This document shows, piece after piece, positions 30,001 to 42,100 of a DNA stretch of 64,000 nucleotides (position 1 is its first letter; every line of letters starts with the position of its first letter). The position numbers and the translations under genes are program-made. The notes beneath the pieces are model-generated. The model was given only the letters and a program-made list of their open reading frames with translations, was not told where the DNA came from and did not search any database. Origin of the DNA: Antedon mediterranea (lineage: Eukaryota; Animalia; Echinodermata); contig NC_092674.1 of the NCBI RefSeq assembly GCF_964355755.1, forward strand, positions 21,576,001 to 21,640,000. Direction: 5' to 3'.

Positions 30001-33000
30001 AAATTATCCTGAACTTGCTTACTAGCCTTAAATAATAACTGGCCATCTAGTATTCGCCTTATTTTCAATTAAAATATGATAGTCTAAAGTTATTTTTTGA
30101 ATGGACGTTATAGATTGCCAACCTACCATACAAAGCTTCCTTTGCAACATTTCTGGGGCCTTTTAATATAGTTTTAGCCATTTCCAAGGCATCTTCTTAA
30201 TTAAAGCAAACGTACTTACTGGTTTACTACACCGCCCGTAATGCATCCACAGATTGATGCATTTACAACAGGAAAATAATTGTAACGATAAAATAATTCA
30301 TTTTGCTTTTCTAAAGTTAAGTTTTATAATGCACATAGTCTAATAAAGCTCAATAATATTATGTTAGTTTTCCTTTATTTAAGGTCCTTCCAGTAAACAA
30401 AGTTTTTTTTCTCTTTTCAAATTTTTTTTTCACTACTAATTCATTTCATCTTCAACAGATCAATACAATAATTGTACTTCTCTAATAATTATAATAATGA
30501 TATGTCAATGATATTCCAAAACTCTTTACCCACTCCAGATGCCTTATGTGTGCTGATGATGTTAAGCTATACAAAATTATTGGTAGTGTTGAAGATGCTG
30601 ACAGGCTTCAGGTGGACTTGGACAAATTATGTTCTTGGGCAGCTTTATGGGGTATGTCCTTCAATCCAGTAAAGTAAAATATATTAACTATTATTTTGAA
30701 AAAGAACATTTTATTTCATAGTTATTTAATTAATGACAATCCCATTAATAGGGTACAATCGCAAAAAGATCTTGGTGCTTTTATTGATAGTTCCCTTTGT
30801 TTTTCTTTTCACAAACATTTTGAAAGGCAAAACAAAATCCACCTTTATTTTTCAACTATCTATCCAATTTTCAACCTTAGTTCTGTTATTTTTAATTCTA
30901 TTTCGAAAACTCAGTCTACGCTCATCCAGTTTCTGCATAACCGTTTTTACGCTACATCAGCCACAACCAGAATCCTGATTTTCATTTCCATATCATTATC
31001 TAATCTTCTGAGTCCCGTGGAACATTTTATGATCTTGTTTTTTTTGTATAAATGTGTTTATTTGACTGTAACTTAGTTAGTAATTTTTATCTTAGAGTCC
31101 CTTGTCGTCATTTTAGAAGAAATCCTACTTTCAATATTCCTTTTAGTAGAGTAAATGTTTTAAAAAATGGTTTTATTAGTAGATTAAGTCAAACTTATAA
31201 TTCTTTTACTTTAAGAAACCCTGAGTTAGATATTTGTTGTAACAATCTCCGTAAGTTTCGTAACATTGTTAGTAGTTTAGTTTAATATTTTTAGTCGCGT
31301 GGACGCGACTCTATAGTTCACTATGTCGGTCGGTCGGTTTGTCTTTCTGTCGGTCCGATATCAATATGCGTTTTAGCACGGGACTTATGGCTGTTGGCCT
31401 TGTTTATTGTATGTGTCCGTGTTTTTCTGTGTTCCCTCCTGTAAGTGGTGAACCATGAGTTCACTGTTAGTTGGGAAATGAAATAAATAAATAGAAATAA
31501 ATGAAGTAAATAAATAAAAATAAATGAAATAAAATAAATAAATAACTATTTCATTTTATTCAAACTTGTTTTGTTTGTTTTTTTGTTTGCTTATATTTAT
31601 ATTTGTTATACAGTAAAACTGACCATCATGTCCACGCTGCTAAATATCGCACACACTTCCTAGTGTAACGTAATCGTGCCTATTAAAGCCGATTTTCCAC
31701 TAGGCGAATTTGTTCGCGCGAATCGAACGCGCCAGCTTGTACACATGTGTATTCATGTTTACGTCTTCCAAATCCTTCTCTACGCATGCGTATTAGCTGA
31801 CGCCTTCGATTCGCGCGAACAAATTCGCCTAGTGGAAAATCGGCTTAATGCTGAATTTGTTCGCGCGAATCGAAAGCGTCATGCTCTGCGCATGCGTATT
31901 CGAATTTCTGTCTGTCATACTCCCTTCTTCGACGAATTCTAGTTCCTTTGATTTTTCGCTGCAGCGAAATTTACTAGTTCGAATTGTTTCTTCTTTTTGC
32001 GAAGCGAAATATTGCGCAACCAATCAGAGCTCAGGAAATGAGCTATGACGCTTACATGAGCATTCATGCGAATCGAAATGCTTAGCAACCACGCGAGGAA
32101 CATGAACGTCGCAGCTATTCGCTTATATGTAGTGGAAAGAGAGTAGGCGATTTTTTTCTCTTTGAAACGTTGGATTCGCGCGAACAAATTCGCCTAATGG
32201 AAAATCGGCTTTAGACCAAACTACCGCGTTCAGCGAGGTGAGTTTTCAGCGCGTATAAAATAATGTCATTTAAAAAAAATGTCATTGCAAACTTCAAACG
32301 CGATTTTCCCGTAAACTAATTGAATGATTTGTAAGTTTATAAATGTTATAACTTTTTCAATATTTAATCAATTTTTACGAAATTGCAAAGCTTATGATTC
32401 ATATAATCCAAATACAAAAATACGATAAAAGAAGGGTTTTTGCCAGATCGGGTCACAGATAGTGGTTTAGTATGAGCCACACGTGTTGACCCTGAACAAA
32501 TCATGAGAGCACGTTTTTGCAATTTAAATATGTTATGAATATTAGTCGTTCAGAGATACAACTGAACAAATTTATCAACAGTATCGACCCATGAAAGAAT
32601 GGAATAATATGTTGCGGAAACTAAAGTTTTAGTTTATTCATTACACCAATATTTCTAGAAATAATATTATAAATTGTGTTCCTATGTGCCATGATAATTT
32701 GCAATTCAGAGTTATTCCGAGAAATTTGGTTTCACTGACCTGTTTAATGATGTCAATTTTGAATTCAAAGTTGACAGTTTGTTATTTTGTGATTGAAAAG
32801 AATAACATTGGTTTTAGAAATATTTTAGGATAATTTATTAGCTTTGAACCATTTAGAAACATTAGCTAATTTTGAATTCATAATTTTAGAAAGATGAACT
32901 AAATTGTTATTACTAATGAAAATGTTGATATCATCGACAAAAGAAACACAATTTAGTAAAGAAGAACAGTTTGGGAGATCATTAACATATATCAGAAATA

Positions 33001-36000
33001 ATAAAGGACCATGGATGAAACCTTGTGGAACACCACATTTGATTTTAGAAAATGTTGAATTATACGAGACTTAAGAAAATTGTTTTCGATTGCCAAGGTA
33101 GCTCCTGAATAAATTAAGAGCAATATATCGTTCTATTGGTGGACTCTGTTTTGATAATTTCACTCCCCCCATACTAACACTTTAAATATTCGAATCTATC
33201 TGATATCTCTGTTCAGAAAAATCTTAAAAACAAACATCCATACTAAAACTGTTCAATATTGTGTTTTATAATTATAGAATACTGTAAATTTACGTATTTT
33301 TATTATTTAATTGTTACTGTTTTGTTGAACTTTTGTTGTACTTACTAGGCCCGTAGGCCTAACTGCTTCTATCTAGCCTTTTTCTCTATCACTCTCTAAC
33401 TAGACCAAGTCTAGTAGGACTAGGGCCTAATAATTTGTGGCCTATAGCCTAGGTCTACTACTCATTGAAACACAAATACTGGTTTTGAAACAAATGAAAG
33501 GTTTTGTAAACGTTGCAGCCCTCAGTCTTGAAAACGCACAACGAGATTACAGTTTCAAGCTACATGCTTGTAGTAGATGGCCTAGACTAGTTGTGAATGA
33601 AACCATCAACAATTTCTATTTTATAACAGTTTGTGTTTGCGTCATATTTTTGCTTTAACATACAGTATCCTACAGATGTTGCTGCTAAAGTGGATTTTAT
33701 CAAGAGGTATGTCCACACTTGAAGCCTGTAAAACATTTAATTAAAATAAATGATTTTAAGAGAAAAGTTAAAACAAGATTTTGTTGTGGTTGCATGAGTT
33801 TTGGTCTACTCATGTTGAATTGTACTGTAGATATAATATTAACCCTAATAGAACCCAGCTGTAAAGTGTAGTGTAGCCAAATAAATTGACCTCCATACTA
33901 AAAAAATCATGAGTCTTGGGTAAAAAAAAATAGGAGATTTTTATGTCAAAATTCACAATATCACGTTTTCTTTTAGATGACTTCTCAAGATTAATCCAAA
34001 CAAAGGAAACACAGTTCAGCGTCAGAAGAACAAACGTCAATATACCATACCATTCATCCAAAAGTTTTGACCATGATTAATAGTCTTGCAGATTTCGAGT
34101 GAACTGCATAAGACATTCTACCTCAACTTAACAACTGAAAGAATGTAAAATAACTTACAAACAAGTGGGGTTAACTTAATAAATTTTTACTTATTGAACT
34201 AATGTTAATGTTTCTCATTTATTTACAGAATTTCACTAACATCAGGGTGAAGGCCAACTTACTAACAATGAAGGTGAATATTTGTACTGTAATTTGAAGT
34301 GTAATAAGCATTTTATGGTAACTGTTAACCGTAAATTTACGGGTTTATTTTTTGTAATTTTTACACTCTCTTTACGCCGTCTCCAATAAGGACCATACAT
34401 TTTACGTGTTTTACGGTATCTCATTAAATGATTGTAAATTGTAAGGTTTTTTGATGGCATTTCAGCTGCAAGCACGTTTACCGTAAATGTTACGGGATTT
34501 CTTTTACAGTTTAGTCAAACACTTCCATTACAATTAAAATATTGTAATCTTTTAAAAATGTATTGACCCCTGAAAAAAATAATTCTTAACAAAATAGTTG
34601 TTAAACAAAATAGTTGTTAAATATGCAATTTCAATGTAACATAATAGTTATCCAATTGACCAAAAATTGGATCGAAACAAAATGTATTTACCTGAAAAAA
34701 CTGTAATCTAAAGCGAAAAATGGCCAAATTGGCTGCCAGCCAGTGGATTTTTGGTTGTTAGTATGGCAAATCCACTGGGAAAAAAAAAAGTTAAATTAGA
34801 AAGTGACATACCCGTTAGTTGTATCTATCTTAATAGCACGTGGGTTCCCTAATTCTTTACCAAAAAGAATGCTTCTGTTCCTTCCATCCAAATGTATAAC
34901 TTCAATTCGCTTCTCATCTGAACTTGTCCAATAAAGTTTATTTTCAATTCCATCAACAACTAAACCATCTACAACTTCATTAATGAAAAATTATTGATAT
35001 TTTTAATGAATCAAGCCAGTTAATAGTATAAAGCAATTTGTTTTTTATTGAAAAGTTTTTCTGACTATTTTACTTACACAGCATTGTCATTTTTTCAGTA
35101 ATTTGCATTTGGATTTATTATTATTATTATAATTATATATACTAGATGGCACGCTCGCTTCGCTCGCGTACCATCTAGGGGTGCTCACAGATGGTTCTCG
35201 AATACAGTAGAATCCACGGACGGGGACTTTTTTGGGACACTAAACAAAAACGGAAGTGTCCCCCTAATTGGGGTATTCAGAAATAGAGACAACAAAACCA
35301 ATACTGGATTCCATAAAGGACAATTAATTTATGTGGATTAAAGAAATTAGGGAGAAATGGAAATGTATGTACGGGAATTGGGCGGCACGTGGTGGTGGTG
35401 ATGGAACCGCAGTAATAAAGTTGATTGTATTTATATATTATAAGAACCAAACTAAATAAATAGACCTAGACATTCTGCGAAATGGAAATCGGAAATTCAA
35501 GCTCCTATTCAGTGAAAAATTAAACTGTAGTCTACCTAAATATTTAGGGCAAATCATCGGTTGTGGTGTTGAACTTCCTGTAAACATTTGTGTGAACCAA
35601 ACTGGGTCGAATTTCTGTCATGAGTACTGATTTGTTGGCCTGTGATTTATGACGCCTAAGAGATCTATCTAGACTTATTTTTTAGAATAATGTACGTACC
35701 TGTCAGATACAACTGTCTTGTGTCGTATAATAAATAAGTACTGTAATAGTTACTGAAGTTACTATTACAATCTCGTCAATGAAAACACGAAAATGTATAT
35801 GCACTTACTTATGAAAACGTATACAGTATTATACTCAGTTATTGAAACAGTAGGTTTAAAAAAGTTTCGTTTGTCTGTAAAATGATGTAATCAAGCTGTT
35901 TACATGAGTCTTAATTTATAAGCACATCAATAATAAAATAGTTTATCTATCCTGTAATTGGCGAGATTATGGTCGCTGTTGAATGAAATAAAGCCAATCG

Positions 36001-38335
36001 GTATCATATTTGTACAGAAACGTTTTCGCGGCCGAAGGGTGTAACCTAAATTCGTTGTATTATCGTCAAGAACTAACTGTAACTAAACTTACATAGAAAG
36101 TAGGGTATCATAAATTTGGCCTTAGCACTCGGGGGAGTGGCTAAGATGAAGTCCGTGGGACTACTAAATATAAATTGTAATGAACCTCGAGGGACATAAA
36201 TAGGAATATTTCATGTTTCATTATCAATGTATAATAAATGGAAACTGTTTACCGATTCAAATAATAGAAATTGGTTTTTAACATTTTCCGAACCTATTGC
36301 AAGTTTATTCTCAAAGGGCCCATATATTTACCTACCGTATGTGTTAAACCAAGGGCTCATAAATTTACCTACAGTACTTGTGTTAAACCAAACTCTGGCA
36401 GACTGAGAGATTGGGATGTTCCATTCATCGCAAATCAATACATTTGTATAATCGTATATTAAATCTATCAAAATAGTATTTTTTAAAGAAAATCGGCCTG
36501 TCTTCAACATTATGATGGTGTACTCTAGCAATCTATCAAAATAGTATTTTTTAAAGAAAATCGGCCTGTCTTCAACATTATGATGGTGTACTCTAGCTGT
36601 TCAACCGGTTTTCAGCTATTAAAAACAATTATCGTAGGAGGAGATAGGAAAATGCGAAGCCTCCTCGCTATGTAACATTAGGGTTGAGGGATGGGAAAGC
36701 GGATAGGTACAAAAAGGAACAATTTTTAAATATATTCTTTATCCACTGAGTAACGAAATATTTTGTTCATGTTTTATAGGCCTATAAATAATATACCTCT
36801 AAATACAGTAGGCCTAAAACATTTGCGATTTAATACTTTGTTAAAACTGTCACTGTCATAATCGATTGAAATATTAAAGTACATGTCACGATACACCACT
36901 ACGACGTTTATATTTTTGGTAATTATTAATTAATACAAACGTTGAGAAGGAACTGTCAGTATAAAGTTTATTTGTATATCTAACAGTAGAGCCTATCCAC
37001 AGTCTCAGTAATAAAGTTTATTTGTATATATTTTTATATTATATCTAACAGTACGAACATTCACAGTAAGAAATGTTCGATTCAAATGAAAAATAGTTAA
37101 TAGGTATTTACAGTATTGTCAAAGTATTGCAAGTTTATTCTCAAAGGGCCCATATATTTACCTACCGTATGTGTTAAACCAAGGGCTCATAAATTTACCT
37201 ACAGTACTTGTGTTAAACCAAACTCTGGCAGACTGAGAGATTGGGATGTTCCATTCATCGCAAATCAATACATTTGTATAATCATAATATTAAATCTATC
37301 AAAATAGTATTTTTTAAAGAAAATCGGCCTGTCTTCAACATTATGATGGTGTACTCTAGCTGTTCAACCGGTTTTCAGCTATTAAAAACAATTATCGTAG
37401 GAGGAGATAGAAAAATGCGAAGCCTCCTCGCATTTTTTTGGCGGGTATTTTTCAAGATGGACATCCATTAGACAGTGTATTCCACGATCGGAAAACACCC
37501 CTATTTGGGGCAAATCGTTGAACCTAAATTCGTTTTAATCGTCAATAACTAATTATCTAACTCAATTTAATTAGTAAACAGGGTTACATCAGGCGGTTAA
37601 AATCAGTACCGAAAGTACGAACCAACTTTACATACCATCGAGTGAAAATTCTAGAAGTAAGGCGCGATTTACCGAATTTTGCCTTTACGTAAATTTTTAT
37701 ATAGATAATATATAACCAAAAACATTCTGTAAACGTTACTGTGAAACCATTTATTTATTTATTCTGGTTTATTAAAACAAAGACAAGGTAGTAAAAAACT
37801 GAATTGCGTCCAGTAACATTAACATAAAATATATAAACAAAACGAGCAAAATTTACACAAACATCCAATATAAATATATATATATATAATATAAATAAAA
37901 AAAATCAAGATCAAATAAGTTAAAACTGCCTCAATATAGATTTATTTTAACGACATGTTTCGGGCATAGCCCATCATCAATTGAAAAGAATTGTAACAAA
38001 GGATAACATATATAAGTCACAAAATTACATAATAAAACAAATCAGCCAATCAAAGATGTTAACAAACAAAAGGCATAGTTATAAAGGCACGCCTCCAAAA
38101 GCTATGGGGTACAAAGCAGGAATGGTTGAAACAAAGACAAAAGCTTCAAGTGTAAATAATTGTTAATATGTGAATGTCAAAATTAATGTTTAAAGGATCT
38201 AAATTGTACATTTATGCCGGTAGGGGCAAGAGTGCCAAGCTTTACAATTATTCTTTCTTCTATAATTCTACGAGATGTCTCAGAACCATTACATATTTTA
38301 ACACCAGAAATTTTAATATCCGAAAGGGAATGCTC

Positions 38336-38393
<58 letters not shown>

Positions 38394-39080
38394 ATAACAG
38401 CAGAAAACTTGGTTACTTCATTGTTTTAATCACTACAAATTTGTTTCGTACGACCAGCATGTAGCTGGCCGCACTCTTCAGGTGAAATATAAAACATAAG
38501 TGACACAGTTGTCTCATAGTGCTTAATAGAAGTGAGTCATCGGGAAGTCGTATACAATAGCCTATTGTTTTAGATAAACTGTTTGGATCTGCAATTTTCC
38601 TATGTCTACAAGTAGAGACTAACTCGTTCTTACGGTTCAGTGAGCATAGCTCTGGTTGACATATAATAACATACTTTTCATATATACATAAATTACATCT
38701 TTTGTTAATATTTGAGTAAGGTTTGCATTTCTTCACAATTTTCCATTTAATTGAGTAATTTGTTTTAGAGTCTTTAAGTGTCCATATATATTTACTGAGT
38801 TCCGTTCTTACTAAATTGCAGATCCAAACAGTTTATCTAAAACAATAGGCTATTGTATACGACTTCCCGATGACTCACTTCTATTAAGCACTATGAGACA
38901 ACTGTGTCACTTATGTTTTATATTTCACCTGAAGAGTGCGGCCAGCTACATGCTGGTCGTACGAAACAAATTTGTAGTGATTAAAACAATGAAGTAACCA
39001 AGTTTTCTGCTGTTATTTTATTTATTTATGCTCTACCTTGGTATTGAGCACTCTATCCAAACGGTCTGAAAATTTCAACC

Positions 39081-39164
<84 letters not shown>

Positions 39165-42100
39165 AATGCATTAAAAAAATAAAGAATATTCAATTACAAA
39201 TTTACAAACTGCGAGCAAAATTATTATTCATCCGTAGGCCTATCTATCAAAATTACGAATTTCATATATATAATATTGCACTATAAGGTCATTGTTAATC
39301 AGGAATTGGAGTGTGGACTTCTTAAATCTCTCTGTTCTACATTTAATTAGTGATATCTTGTTCGCGTTTCTGAGAGAATACATTGTACACTAGATTCTTA
39401 GAAGTTGACGTAGTCGAGTCAAACTGTTTCATTACCCCACAAAATTGCAAGAAAATGTTTTTGATGTATTACAATAAAATAAATGGTCAAAACATATATC
39501 AAAAACTGTATTGGTGTCAAATTGTTCAAAATATATATATGTTTGTATTCACATTATTTGAACATTCCATGTTGTGACTTTTGACATATATGGCACAACG
39601 TTTATGGCACTACGTAACTGCAAATCAAGTTTTGATACTAGTGTCTGTTCAGAACATACATATTTATATTTACCCTTTTTGAACATTCTGTTAAAACAAT
39701 TGATGATTTGTCTTGCTCTCTTCTTCTGGCATGACCCTGATGTTCTTTGAGCCTTGCCATAGATTCTGGCCAGTTTACATTTAACAACCTAGTCTGGACG
39801 CGTGGTCTTGTTTGGCCAGTTTGAGACAATGCTAATTGTTGTTTAGCTTGTCTCACCTTGCTTTTCACACCTATCAGAAACAGTGCTCTTCTATAGCAAG
39901 TTTCCATTCACTATTGTTCATGAGAAACAATGCTCTGCTATAGCTAGTTTCAATCCCTCTCACTGTGTGAACTTCAAGTCAAGTCAAGTCAAGTCAAGTA
40001 TCATTTATTATCATTTGTTTTAGGAAAAACATAGAAATTCTGTTTGCTCTGTTGGCGGAGCACAATATCCAACGGACACAACACGAACTCAAAAACAAAA
40101 ACATTACAAAAAAAAGTCTACATCATATTTAAGGCTCTAATAGATCCTGGAAAGAAACTATTTGTAAATCGTGCCTTATTGGCCTTAATAGAACGAAATC
40201 GCCGACCGCTGCGCATCAACTGGAACATACTAGAGGCCGGATGAAAATGATCATCTTTGATAGCCACTGCCTTTGTTTCAGGCTTTCACACCAGTTCCAC
40301 CCTTTTCACAAATAAAACAAGTTTCCTGGACTTTCTGCATTCTCACTCTTGAGGACTATCAAAGCATATTGATCGAAACGTCGAGAAACTCAACAGTTCT
40401 TTTCAGAACTAATACACGTGGTGTACTGCAAACTTTATATCAACATACTTTATCATTATAATGTCAATTTTCATATGTCTGGTTTCTTTCACTTCTTCCT
40501 CATTTCAGCTCTTGCAACTTTCAGCTTTTAACTCATTGATATCAGATGCCAATGTAATATTGCTGATTTTAAATCTATGCTCCCTTTTGTTGACATATAT
40601 CTTAATGTGTATCGTGATAGTTTTTCTTTTGCATCTATGATTTTTCATTATTTTCAAAATGTATAGTTACACAAGCAAGTTCCTTTGCCATCGTTTGCTT
40701 AGGATTGTTTTCATTGCCATTTGCCTTTCCTTTCATCCATTTTCACATACAATTCTTCCAGATCTCTGGAATTATTATTACAGGCTGCTCTGCATAAAAT
40801 CGTGTCAAAGTGAAAACCTTCGGTTATTTTCAACAAAGAATTCAAAAACAGTAAAAATGTAAATATGTATGGTCTGATCATTCTGACACCAATATCAAGA
40901 GCCTGTGGTTTTTAGTCAAGTATATATGAATATTATTATGCCATATATGGGTCAAAGGTCACAAAATGAAATTTCCTGTCATGTTTTTTAACAAAATTTT
41001 AAAAAAATGGTAAATGTTCTGAACATGTTGACACCAAATACAGCTGTCTACGACAAGCTGTTACAGCAAAAAAAAAATATTGGTGGCCACCAACGTTACA
41101 TTTTGAGCCTTTGCGGTAGTCCGATTTGAGTACGGTAAACTTTTGATATATATTTTTTGAGACCATATTTTATTGTAATACATCAACAATTATTACAGGC
41201 TGCTCTGCATAAAATCGTGTCAAAGTGAAAACCTTTGGTTATTTTTCAACAAAGAATTCAAAAACAGTAAAAATATAAATATGTATGGTCTGATCATTCT
41301 GACACCAATATCAAGAGCCTGTGGTTTTTAGTCAAGTATATATGAATATTTTTATGCCATATATGGGTCAAAGGTCACAAAATGAAATTTCCTGTCATGT
41401 TTTTTAACAAAATGTTTAAATAATGGTAAATGTTCTGAACATGTTGACACCAAATACAGCTGTCTACGTGAAGCTGTTACTGCAAAAAAAAAATATTGGT
41501 GGCCACCAACGTTACATTTTGAGCCTTTGCGGTAGTCCAATTTGAGTAAACTTTTGATATATGTTTTTTGAGACCATATTTTATTGTAATACATCAAAAA
41601 ATTTTTTAGGGTTTAGGGTTAAATAATATTTATTATTTTGTTTCAAGAGATACTCACTTATGTGTTACTAGAGCAATTTTTAGTAAATAATAAAGCAAAA
41701 AAAAAAATCACAATAATGGTATTGTTTTATTACCTCCAGATTGAAAAGACACTAATGTTTCATGCTGTTTGTTGACAAATGAATACCGTTCAATTGACGA
41801 TGTCTGTACGTCAGACCAATATAGTGTTGACGTTCTGGAATCACAATCAACAGCTACTGGTTGCCTTAATTGGATATTATCTGGGATTACTGACGTTAGA
41901 TTTAAAGTTGTACTGCCACTTGAAATATTGGAAATGTAAACTCCAGGAGGAAACAGGTTTGTTACAAACATAATATTCCCTGCAAATTTAACAAATACAA
42001 AACCTTAGATATTGTACAACATAAGTAATTATAAAAAACTTTTGCTTGTTTCAGACATTACATCAATAAATGATGAAAGTTTCGAATGGTAGGCTATAAG

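Larger units (their letters stand above)
38386..39025 (-). mobile_element. 5'-truncated Penelope-like element with an inverted pLTR, between (TA)n tracts
   Basis: GIY-YIG C-terminus [22 protein letters not shown]...[13 protein letters not shown]; perfect inverted repeat of about 210 bp (38386-38596/38815-39025); (TA)n at 38338-38386 and 39084-39160. Confidence 0.88.

Noticed and set aside
23511-32457. One 9-kb element bounded by tgtgacccg..ctggcaaaa inverted repeats
   Set aside because: No matching TSD and unrelated contents; more likely two separate fragments of one family.
33280-34512. CACTA-like element with ttaccgtaaatttacg subrepeats and exon-like pieces
   Set aside because: The termini and TSD could not be defined; evidence is too weak to call.
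38174-39286. ORFs with IYIYIY runs, and similar SVCL and periodic ORFs at 45802 and 17322
   Set aside because: Translations of microsatellites or minisatellites, not genes.
41605-41622. Telomere-like ttagggtttagggtt
   Set aside because: Only about two units; compatible with chance or a TE end.
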